The notes beneath the pieces were generated by a model that saw only the letters and a program-made list of their open reading frames with translations, was not told the DNA's origin and did no database searches. A stretch of DNA of 64,000 nucleotides from Marsupella aquatica (taxonomy: Eukaryota; Plantae; Marchantiophyta): assembly GCA_973895155.1 (NCBI GenBank), contig OZ316895.1:13627186-13691185 (forward strand), in the 5' to 3' direction. This document shows positions 1 to 10,354 of this stretch, in pieces. Every line of letters begins with the position of its first letter. The stretch's first letter is position 1. A program made the position numbers and the translations under genes.

Positions 1-2460
1 ACCTCCTATCTCTGTCTTGATGCCGGTTAACACTCCCGTCGGAATGACCTGATATCCATTGGCCATGTTCAACACTCTTCCAGTCATCTCCGGTGTTAGA
101 CCCCACCCTTTTACTGTTGAATCAATCATAATACATACCCCTGATCCTCCATCGATGGGTATCCGTAGTAATAATTCTCCTTGAATCATTAATGGTAATG
201 CTGGGGCTCCTTGATCTTCTTCTATCATTAGTACGTCGGATCTGGTTGCTACCTTGGGTAATCTCGGCTTGCCGAGAATAGCCTTCCTTAATTGCTTCCG
301 GAAATACGGGCTATTTTTCAATAGTTGACCTACTGTTGCCGAGACTCTAGATTCTAGTACATCTTTAGCCAGGTCATAGGGAACAATCGGCTTCTCTTCT
401 GGTGGTGTTTCCGTCTTGGATTCGGCCAGTTTTGCCACGCTAGTCTCCACAGCTGTTGGGTCTTCCGAAGCAAACAATGCTTTTGCTCGTTTTACATCCT
501 TGGCAATGGCTTCGGTATTCTCCAGGGTTTCTAATTCTCTTAGTTGTTCCTTAACACTAGCCGTAACAGAGGGGTAGAACAACTTAGGATGATCTCGATT
601 GAAGTCGCTATCTTGTGAAGGATTGGTTTCACGGGTGGGCTCATGGCTTACCTGTATTGCCGGAGCCCTCCCTTCTCCTTCTGTTGATGTTGACGAAGAG
701 TCGATCCTTTCCTCCGTAACCTTCCCTTTATTTTTGGCCAGCCCATCCCACCTTTCCTTCCTTCTGGTAGATCGAGTAGAGACCCGGTAGCAATCATGAT
801 CTAAATCCTCCTCTGAGAAGGTTGATAGGGCTTCGGCCTCATCAGCAGATGGTACGAACTCTGCCTCGGCATCCTCTTGCCATCCTAGTTCGATGTGGTT
901 GATTTGAACTCCTCCGGGGGTAGTACCTGGCGGTAAGATCTTGATCGGCAAAAGCTTATGATTTGCGGCCAGGCCTGCCAACCAAGTAGGACATTGCCCT
1001 AGCATATGACCTTCCTGTCGGCATCCCATACATAGCTGAGCTGGTTGTCCATCACCCTGTTTGCGTGCATTCGGGCATTCTCTAGCAAAATGGCCAGGTT
1101 GACCACAATTATAGCACGCCGCAAATCTTTGCACATTCGGCCTAGGAGGTACTGACGGGTTCTGAATAATCCGAGGATACATCTCTCCTGGATTGTTCCT
1201 TAACCCTGACCACAGAGATGTAGGTCTGTTGGATAGGTCTCGTGCTCCAGTCTCACTGATGCCGAAAACACTATCAGCGGCATCTCCTAAAAAGTACTCT
1301 ACTTCTCCCTGACATGGTCTGATCTCGGCCACATGCCGAACATGATTAGTATTAAGCTTAGGACACGCATCTTTATGGTGTCCGGTTTTATAACATAAGG
1401 CACACCATACAGAGCTATCCTCCTGTACTACCTTCTTCTTTGGTTTTACCTCTGCAATGATAGCCTTAAGTTGCTCGGTAAGGGCTACGATGTTATCTGG
1501 TGGCTTAGCCTCCATCTTGACTTTCGTCTTCCCTCTCCTTCTGCCCTTCCTTTTCCTAGTTTTTTCTTCTTCAGAACTAGAAGATGACTCACTCTTGCTA
1601 CTCCCACTATCCGAGCTTGACTTATCACTTCTAGACTTCTTGGGATGTTTCTTCTTCTTATCTTTTTTCTTATGGGGTGATCCCTCCTCTGATGAGGAAC
1701 TCTCAGACTTAAGCTGTTTCTTTCGGCTTGTGATATCTGCATTAATGTATAATTGAATATCCTTAATTGCTTCGGCTAAAGTCTCCGGGTTCTCCTTCCT
1801 AATTGCAAAACTCATCTTCTATGGCAAAGCATTCACCAACCATTGAAGTTGCATACCTTCAGATGCATTGGTCTTTGTACGTCTTACCAGTTTCTGAAAG
1901 CGTTGCAAGAACTTCCTGAAGGATTTGTTCTCCTTGAACCAAAGTTGTCCCAACTTCAGCACTGCTAGTTCTGAAGTTCCAATGGGTCGAAACTCCTTAA
2001 CAAAGAGTGTTTTGAAGATATCCCAGATGACTTGATCTTCCACATCTAATGCTCTGTACCAAGGCCTAGCCTCACCCTTGAACAGGCCGGGAAGAATCTG
2101 CATCTTGATGGCCGATTCTCCATTTGCTGCAGCGGTTCCCTCGAAATCATCCAACCATTCGTCCGGATCCTCATCTCCTCTCCCATGAAATGCCTTGTAA
2201 TGTATGCGCGACCGCTGGCTCAATCTGGTCCCTGGCCTCTCGTCTGGCCGTGCCTCTGGTTCCCCCATGTCGGTTGGAGACTCACTTCTCCTTACCGACT
2301 CTTCTTCTGGTATGTCTTCTTCGACGCCACTTCCAGTTTCGGAGCTACCAGCTCTTTCTGCCCCTCTCAGTCGCTGTGTATCATGCCACCCGGCGAGCTG
2401 CTGCAGTCGAGCTCTCTCCCGTTGAATCACTCTTTCTTCCCTCGGCGTAAGGTCAGTCAT
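1..2460 (-). pseudogene. gag: gag-protease of the next tandem unit (truncated by window edge)
   Basis: Matches 10889-13348, with the same in-frame TAG at 1819-1821 and one visible substitution (1941). Confidence 0.92.
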
Positions 2461-2507
2461 TACCTACGCTTCCGTTCTAACTTCATATCTCACGGCTTAA
2501 GAAATGC

Positions 2508-2525
2508 CCCCTCCATCTAGCGCCA
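2508..2525 (-). promoter_or_regulatory. Primer-binding site (second unit)
   Basis: Identical to 13396-13413 and directly follows the middle LTR. Confidence 0.8.
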
Positions 2526-2529
2526 AAAA

Positions 2530-5500
2530 TGTGGTGCGTCCCATGGCTCCCTAAACCCAAGAAACCCCCCAGCTCAAGCCGATTCCCGCAGGTTTCGTGC
2601 TTGGCGAGGCCGTTTCCGCGGCTTAGCGGCATGGGACGCTGCTAACCTTCTACTACTACTATTAACATTTTACACACATATACTGGACAGATCCTTCATC
2701 GGGTCATGAGATACGTAGCCGGCCTAATATAGGCCTTCCCCTGTCTTCCCCTGTCTTCCCCTCCGTCTTGTTAGGTATGTTTGGATTCCGCCGCCGGAAT
2801 GATCCCCAATAGGCTTGGTTAAGCCGCTAAGACCTCTCTTAGCTCGACACATCCAACTCTCACTCCCCTGCTTACTTTCCTTCCTTCTGTTGATGTGGGC
2901 ACTCTTCACACAAGTTAATGCGACACACAAATAGCAAAATGACTCATTCTGACTGAGTCATACCATGCACTTGCCATACAAACAGTACATCTCATACACA
3001 AGTTCTGCGAACTAAGCCGTGAGGCCAACTCTATTCAGCTCTTAGGCATGAGGAAACATGAATATACACAAGGGTCACTGTATGACTAACCGAGAGCTTC
3101 TCGTACTACTTGATCCCAGCCCGGCTGGTGCAAACTAAAAACTTGCTAAAGAAGAGGCCCTGAGCTCCCCGCTGCCCAGGTACTTATCCTGGTAGTGGAT
3201 CCGCCATTCTTTGCATCGTAAGCCTAATCTACTTAACAGTAATCTACTTGCCCGAATCTACCTACGTACAGCAAGGCAGGAGCACAAGTGTTGCTCCTAC
3301 CAGTGGGACCGCAATCCCACTAAGCTAAGTGTCAGGGCCGCTCCTGGTTCTGATCCTAATCCTAAACGTGGAGATCCGCGCCCGCCCTGCCCACTCACGC
3401 CTCCTCCCTCCACGTCCGCCCTCCCTAAAAGGAACGGCGCCCTTGCACCGTCACGACACCGGTGGTGGATCCTTAATGGACGCCCCCAACGCTTCCTCCT
3501 CAGCCACTGCCGTAGGCTCATTCCCTGATAGATTACCTGCCCTTGACTGAGTCAACTCTCCATCGGCCTGACTGGGTCCACCATCGGCGTCAGCATCGGC
3601 TCGAGAATCGGTTACGGCCTCAACCTCGGCTACGGTCTCCCCGGCCTGCTCAAGAGGCGGATCTGGAATACTGGCCTCCTTACTGAGTAGTTCGGCTTGG
3701 GCCGCACCATCCCTACCTGTGATCATAGCGGGATCTATTGCCGTATTCATGTCGGAGGATGGTGCTGGTTCTACCTCTTTGGTCACCACGGCTTGTGGAG
3801 TCGGATTACTCCTTGACCCTGAAGGTTTCCGCTTTTTCTTCTTTTCTGGTTCGGCAGCTGGTCCCTTCCCCTTCCCACTTACCTCCGGCACTGGTGCAGT
3901 TGGCACGGCTTTTTCTTCGGCCAGTACCACTCCTGGTAACTTGGTTGCCCCAATTGGAGTTGGGCCTGATGAAGACAAGCACCTAAATATTGCGGCTTGT
4001 TTCTTCAGCCGCTCCGTTTGGTTGTCGGCCCGCCGCTGGAGGTTCTCCATCTTCCTCGTGATTTCCTCCAACTCCTCTTGGGTCTCATCCAGGTCCTTGC
4101 GTGCCTCCTCTAGTTCCTTCTGGGCTTCCTCCCGTTCTTGTTTCAAGGTAGTCCTCTCCTCCTGGGTTGCTTTTAGCTCCTTGTCGAGCTCTGCAATGAT
4201 GACAGACTCCATCTGGTTCATCTTGGCGTAAGTCTGTTCGAGCATCTCATCCTTCTCCCTTAGGTCGGCCTTGAAGCTGGCCGTCAGGGACGCAAGCTCC
4301 TGCTGCAGCGCCATAATCCCTTGATAGGATTTCCCTAACTCGGCCTCCTTCTGCTCAAGGGCTCCGCGGATTTTCTCGAGCTCCCCTTTCAACGCCCATT
4401 CCTTTCTTTGGGTCTCCGCCATGGCCCGGCTGTTGGCTGTTATGTGGGCCTCCTCTGTATTCTTCAGCTCTTGCTTCCACTTCTCCCTCTCTTTGATCGT
4501 GTCGGCCAACTCTTCCTGCGTCTGAGTCAGTTTATCCTTGATATTCTGATTATCAGCCTGCGCGGTGTCCAACTGCCCCTGCATGATGTTCAGCTCATGT
4601 CGTTTAATCCGCAGTTCATCTTGGGCTTTCTTGGCCGCCCTTAGATCTTCAATCTCGGCTTCCATCCTCCTAAGCCGCCGAATGACCTCGTCCTTCTTGC
4701 TTCTCTCTAAAGCCACCGCTTCTTCTAATTGGTGCTTCTCCAACTGCTCCCTATGGAAAAAGGGTCCTACTTCCAACTCCTCTCCAAAGATGCCGAGCGC
4801 AAGTTCCCCACACATCTCACCATACTCCATGGCTCTATTCTTAGCGTAGGTGGAGTAAGTAGAAGTGATCGGCATCGCCCATCGCGGCCTCTGCTCCCAA
4901 GCCGTCCTGCGGATCTCTTCAATCGTGGCTAGAGGTTTGCTTCCTTTTTTGGCTAGCCGCCTGATGTCCTCCGGCCAATCTCCTCCTGGTAAATCCTTTT
5001 CCTTAGCCAGGGCGGCCTCCTCCTCCTGCTTGATTCGCTCCTGAAATTCCTGCACCATCTGTTTTATGCCGTCGAAGCTCGGGGGAGCAACATCTGGTGG
5101 GGGAGACTCAGGGCTACTCTGCTGGTTGGGGTCCCCTCGCACTACCCTTGGAAGTGTGGGGACAAACCGGCCACAGGTCCTTACTCCTGGAACGTGATGG
5201 TCCGACCCATAGCCGGAATTATCATGGCTGCAGTCCTCCACTGCCTCCTCTACCTCTTGGACGTCCGGCTTCTCCCTCTCCTCTTCGTCGGTAGGAGCTT
5301 CAGGCAATTCTGCCTCAGATTCGGAGCTTGAGGTTCCCACGTACATTCGAACACCTGGCTTGGATTCCGGCCTGATTCTCTCCTTGTCTCCAGCAAAGGG
5401 GTTTTCTCTTGTGAGCCGGTATAGGCCTACCTCTGTAGTAGTGTCCTGCATTGTTGCCGTTGCCGTTGTTGTTGCCGATGCCGATTTCTTTTCTTTCTCC

Positions 5501-7198
5501 AGTAGTTTCAGCAGACTCTGCATGCCTGGTTGCTGCATCGGCAAGTCTTCCTTCCTGGGCCTAAACACCTGCTCGATCGTAGGACTAACAGGTGGTTGAG
5601 GCTTCTCAGCCAATGGCCTCGGCGTTGGAGCTTCCTCGGGTGCCCTTACCTGCAGGGGAAGTACCGGGGCAAAAGTCTGACCTCTGGCATACCGGCACAA
5701 CAGCGGCATGTGATAGCCCAGCCACGACACGCTCCCCATGCCGATTACCTGCTGCTCCTCCTTTAAGATCTTCTTCAATTGGTTGAGGAGGTACCCGTTG
5801 TAGTCCCAGCTTGGGTCTGGCCTTTCTGCCAGATAGACCTGTGCCTTGCCGATCTCTGCCCTCGGCAAGTTACAATGCATGGTCACCCGCAAGAAGTCGA
5901 TCATCTCTCCTATGTGCGGGTTGGTGCAGGTGTTCCGGAAGAAGCCATTCTTCGTTGATGGCCCGGGGAACGACCGGAACTCCTTGTCAGGCAAGGTCTT
6001 CCTGGTATCAACTTTGGTCTTATTGCCTATCGGCAGGCCAAACACTTCGGCAATTACCTTGGGAGTAAGATAGAAATCCTTCCCATATATCCTCGTGCAA
6101 TTGGTCTCGGGTTCCCATGACCCCACGAATTCTAATAGGTCTGACTCCGGTACCTCCGGCTTCAGCCATGGTAATCTTACAAAGGCCTCCAAGCCGGATC
6201 CGACCATGAAGCCTTGGTATCTCTTGGTCTGCATGGCCGTAAAGCATGCATCCTCCTCCCGTGCAAAATGTAGTTGCACCTCCACCGGTAGGGTTGCCGC
6301 CCAGCCTTTCCAGGTGTCATCCCTGGTTGGAATGGCCTTGATGGGATCGACCTCCTCCTCTTTGGCTTCTCCCTGCCTCCTGCTCTGCTGCTCGGCTGGC
6401 TTCTTTGGTGCCGCCGACCTCGTTCTTTTTGCCGGGGTGGCTTCATCGTTGACGGCTCCCTTCCTCTTCATCTCTGCTGCCGTGGAGGTTTCTCCTAGCA
6501 CCGTTGCCTGGGTCCACCTTTCCGTGCTACCCTTTAATTCCCAGTGTATGTCGTTGTAGTTCTTGATGGCCTCTCGGATGCCGACGACACTGTCTTTGCA
6601 AAACAGAAGATCGTCGAGTTGATTGGAAGTAGGCGTCCACAGGAACTCGTCCTTGATGAGTTCGCCTCCTAAGAAAGCCGTCTTCTGCAGCTCCCACAAT
6701 CGAGCGAGCTCCTGCCGTTCTCGAGCTGCCCTTTCTGATTCCTCGTCCTCGTAAGTCTTGATGTACTCAGTTGCCCGTTCGAACAGGCATCCCCAGAAAT
6801 GTGCCGCTTGATTGACGTTGCTCATACCCTCCTTAGGTCGATCGTCGGTATCTACTCTCTTCCCGAGTGCTTGCCTAAGCAGCTGACAGTAGTTGGCCTC
6901 CCGTAGTCGTCTGCCTAGTTCGTGCTCGCAAATGAGCCACCATCTCCTGCAAGCGCTCCTTACCCCTCCCCTCTGCCGGTCCTTCTTCCCGTTGATCCTT
7001 CCTAGCCGCCGACACTTAACGCGCCCTAACCCTAATCGGGTTTTCACCCTCAGCCTTACCTCCGGCCTCTGCCCGGGTTCCATGGTTGCCCCTAATTGTT
7101 TATATTTTCCTTGTTTTGTCCCTATACTAAGGTGTTCCTAGGGTGCCTTCCTGCTTTACCCACTTAACCAGCCGAGTGATTCCTGTCTAGGCATCACA
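2530..7198 (-). repeat. Shared middle LTR (4,669 bp)
   Basis: Preceded on the minus strand by the purine tract AAGTGGGGAG-CTA and followed by TTTT, PBS and a second gag. About 21 substitutions versus the 5' LTR by eye. Confidence 0.9.
3451..7083 (-). CDS. LTR-encoded accessory protein, 1,210 aa (1,124 aa from ATG 6825)
   Basis: Uninterrupted ORF. LLEFVGSW...LTPKVIAEVFGLP resembles the Athila ORF2/plant transposon protein domain (by recall); ~250-aa E/K/Q/L coiled coil; basic NLS-like KKKKRK; no obvious TM helix. Confidence 0.85.
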   Translation of the reverse strand: MEPGQRPEVRLRVKTRLGLGRVKCRRLGRINGKKDRQRGGVRSACRRWWLICEHELGRRLREANYCQLLRQALGKRVDTDDRPKEGMSNVNQAAHFWGCLFERATEYIKTYEDEESERAARERQELARLWELQKTAFLGGELIKDEFLWTPTSNQLDDLLFCKDSVVGIREAIKNYNDIHWELKGSTERWTQATVLGETSTAAEMKRKGAVNDEATPAKRTRSAAPKKPAEQQSRRQGEAKEEEVDPIKAIPTRDDTWKGWAATLPVEVQLHFAREEDACFTAMQTKRYQGFMVGSGLEAFVRLPWLKPEVPESDLLEFVGSWEPETNCTRIYGKDFYLTPKVIAEVFGLPIGNKTKVDTRKTLPDKEFRSFPGPSTKNGFFRNTCTNPHIGEMIDFLRVTMHCNLPRAEIGKAQVYLAERPDPSWDYNGYLLNQLKKILKEEQQVIGMGSVSWLGYHMPLLCRYARGQTFAPVLPLQVRAPEEAPTPRPLAEKPQPPVSPTIEQVFRPRKEDLPMQQPGMQSLLKLLEKEKKSASATTTATATMQDTTTEVGLYRLTRENPFAGDKERIRPESKPGVRMYVGTSSSESEAELPEAPTDEEEREKPDVQEVEEAVEDCSHDNSGYGSDHHVPGVRTCGRFVPTLPRVVRGDPNQQSSPESPPPDVAPPSFDGIKQMVQEFQERIKQEEEAALAKEKDLPGGDWPEDIRRLAKKGSKPLATIEEIRRTAWEQRPRWAMPITSTYSTYAKNRAMEYGEMCGELALGIFGEELEVGPFFHREQLEKHQLEEAVALERSKKDEVIRRLRRMEAEIEDLRAAKKAQDELRIKRHELNIMQGQLDTAQADNQNIKDKLTQTQEELADTIKEREKWKQELKNTEEAHITANSRAMAETQRKEWALKGELEKIRGALEQKEAELGKSYQGIMALQQELASLTASFKADLREKDEMLEQTYAKMNQMESVIIAELDKELKATQEERTTLKQEREEAQKELEEARKDLDETQEELEEITRKMENLQRRADNQTERLKKQAAIFRCLSSSGPTPIGATKLPGVVLAEEKAVPTAPVPEVSGKGKGPAAEPEKKKKRKPSGSRSNPTPQAVVTKEVEPAPSSDMNTAIDPAMITGRDGAAQAELLSKEASIPDPPLEQAGETVAEVEAVTDSRADADADGGPSQADGELTQSRAGNLSGNEPTAVAEEEALGASIKDPPPVS

Positions 7199-7212
7199 TA
7201 GCTCCCCACTTA
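7199..7212 (-). promoter_or_regulatory. Polypurine tract
   Basis: TAAGTGGGGAGCTA immediately before the LTR TG, inside the last integrase codons. Confidence 0.7.
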
Positions 7213-10200
7213 ATTGTGAAGCGTCCTCGCGAACAACTTCATCTTCGTCCATATAGTATTTCTTGAGGCGGTCATAATGGATGCGAACTGGATATACCTC
7301 TCCCGTAATGTTGGCCAATTGTACGGAGCCATTGGGGAACATCATGGTTACTCTAAAGGGTCCTAACCAGCGAGTGTAAAGCTTTCCTGGAAACCTACTA
7401 TACCTACTGTCATAAAGTAGCACAAGATCACCGGTATGAATACTAACTACTTTTAACCTTTTATCATACTGCTGCTTCATGATATTCTGTCTATATTCTA
7501 CTCTCTCGGCTGAAATCATTCTCGCTTCCTCTAAAGCTTCTAACCTATATTCTCGCTCCTTTAGGCTCTCCTCCGCTGAGGCTCTTTCCTCAATTGTAAC
7601 TTGAAATGTCGGTATCTCAAGTTGCATGGGTACCAGGGCTTCTTGTCCAAAGGTTAAGAAGAAGGGTGTATGACCGGTAGTGGATTTATAGGCAAGATTG
7701 TAAGCAAAAACAGCAGCAAACAATTTATCATCCCAATCGAGTTTGTTCTGAGCTACTGTCTTGTTCAATATCTTTCCTATAATTCCGTTTGCTCGTTCTG
7801 TCAACCCGTTTGCCTTTGGATGGTAGGGAGTAGTAGGCCTATGTTTAACTAAATACTGCTCATTTAAACGACTAATTATATCATTCAAAAAATGGGTTCC
7901 TCTATCACTAACTAATTCTAGGGGTGCTCCATACCTGGTGAAGATCTGCTCATACATGAATCTAGCCGTAGTAATTGCATCATCCTTCGTTGTTGGTCTG
8001 GCCTCTACCCATTTAGTTGCATAATCCGTAGCCAGGATTATGTACTTGTTCCGTCGAGGGTGGGTCAGTGGTTTCAGAGGTCCAATGTAATCAATACCCC
8101 ACTTCTCGAATGGTGCCAGAGGTAGAATAGGGTGCAGTGGATGCCTGGTGGACGCCCTTGGTCCTCCCGCTCATTGACAAGGATCGCATTGTTTGATAAA
8201 CTGATAGACATCTTTGTGCAAGGTGGGCCACTAGTAACCGGCATTTAATATCTTCTTAGACGTGGTTATTGGGGCAAAATGTCCTCCGGCCTCCTCTCCA
8301 TGCATGGCCCGTAGGACTCGTTTTACCTCTCTCTTTTCCAAACATCTTTGAATCGTGCCGTTGATTCCATGCTTGTGCAGTATGCCTTTAATGCACTGAT
8401 ACTGTCTGACCTTCCGCACAAAGACTGCGGCTTGCTCTCGGCTTAATCCTGGTTGTAATCTGGAAGTGCTGAGAAATTGTAAAATCTCAGGGTACCATGT
8501 ACCAGCTATTTCCACAACGAATAGCTCCTCGTCGGGGAATCGATCATCGATGCAATCCGTGGCAGGTTTACCTGTGATCCTTGAAAAGAAGTCGGCATTG
8601 GCATGTAACTTTCCCGGCTTGATCCTCAGCTCATAGTCACTGTAATAGCAAAATCCATCTTGCTACTCTGCCTGTAAGGTCCGGCTTATTGACTAGGTAC
8701 TTCAAACTTTCGTGATCAGTATGAAAGATTACCTTGTACCCTAGTAAATAATGCCTAAACTTTTTACAAGAATAAATGACTCCTAATGCTTCTCTTTCCG
8801 TGGTAGAGTAGTTCCGTTCGGCATCGGCAAGCTGACGGCTTGCGAAGTATATGGGATGGTCCCTTCCTTTCTCATCCAACTGACTTAGTACTGAGCCAAT
8901 ACAGAAGCCCGAGACATCTACAAAAACATGAAAATCTTTGTTCCAGTCCGGTGCTATCATGACTGGGGCCTCTACTAACATCTGCTTTAATTCTACCACC
9001 GCTGTGACTCGTTCGGGTGTGGGTTCGAAGTCTGCTCCTGCCTTGAGCATATTGGTTAATGGTAAAGCTAGCTTGGCAAAATCCTTGATGAACCGGCGAT
9101 AGTAACCAATGCATCCCAAGAAGGATCTTACATCCTTTATGTTCTTAGGTTGCATGATATCTAGCCATACTGCTAGCTTACCTTTGTCAATCTCAATGCC
9201 CTTCCTTGATACCTTGTGACCTAGTAGCACCCCCTCGGTTACTGAAAAAAAACATTTATCTGGGTGTAACTTGAGACCCACCTCTCTACATCTCATGAAG
9301 GTTTTCCTGAGGTATTTAGCATGTTTCGATGCCTTCCCGAATACTGCAAAGTCATCAATGAAGATTTCCATGAACTTTCTCAAGTAATCATGAAAAATGT
9401 TCACCATTAATCGTTGGAACATAGCTGGTGCATTGCAGAGTCCAAACGGCATACGATTGAAGACATAGATCCCCCATTCCGTGATGAAGGCCGTCTTGAT
9501 TTGGTCTTCCTGCCGAATCCTGATTTGGTTATAACCAGAGTATCCATCCATGAATGAATATAGTTCATGACTGACTACCATGTCTAGTACCATATCAGTA
9601 AATGGTAAAGGAAAATGGTCTTTTAATGTTGCTTCATTCAGCTTCCTGTAATCCTGACAAACCCGGATCTTGGGTTTACCATCGGGTCCAGCTTTCTTGG
9701 GAACTATCACAATTGGAGACACCCAGTCTGAATGCAGGACTGGAGTGATGAATCCAGCTTCCACTAGTTTGTCGATTTCTGTTTTGACCAGCAGGGAATA
9801 CTTCGGGTTCATCCTTCGAATTGGTTGTCGAAATGATTTGGCTCCTAACATGAGATCAATTCGATGTTCCCCTAGTGTTGGATCTACTCCCTTTAGATCT
9901 TGGTGACTCCATGCAAACACATCCTGAAATTCAATCAATAAGTCACTGATCTCTTTCTCGAGCTCAGGTGCTAGGTTTCTCCCTAAGTTCAGTTCTCTTC
10001 CCTCTCCTAAGTCGAGCTTCCGATATTGCCGTGCTTGGATCATATTAATCTGCTTCTTCAAATTTGGGTCCAGTTCGGCTTCCAGTCTCTCTAATCTCAT
10101 ACCTCCATAAACTGGGATCTCGGCTGGACTAGCCGAGTCGGTCCCTTCCTTGGTGTCCATAGATTGTCCCCTTACCGGTCTATTCGGTTTTGAATTAGTG

Positions 10201-10354
10201 GTCGGCTCCCCTTCCTGCCTTGGCTCTGGATCGTGTCTGTCCATCTCATCCACCTCTTGCTCCTGAGAGTTAGGCCGCTGTGCTCTCTCGGCTTCTAATA
10301 GGGCCTCGATTTGTTCTGCCCTCATAATCGGCTTGTATGCCGATCCCTTGGTAT

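Noticed and set aside
2530-3450. Reading the ~0.9-kb non-coding spacer alone as the LTR, with the big ORF as an ordinary internal env-like gene
   Set aside because: No convincing PPT+TG with a matching terminal repeat was found there. The outer junction (18086), the PPT and the terminal inverted repeat all coincide at 7198/18086.
3719-6559. Plus-strand ORFs antisense to the LTR gene
   Set aside because: Ser/Phe/Leu-rich shadows of Glu/Lys-rich codons on the coding strand.
7022-7040. Telomere-like CCCTAACCCTAA (also CCCTAAACCC near 2549)
   Set aside because: Only one or two units; not an interstitial telomere or evidence of telomere targeting.
8637-8645. Second programmed frameshift at the end of RNase H
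   Set aside because: No slippery site or structure, and conserved residues (EF) are missing, which indicates a deletion.
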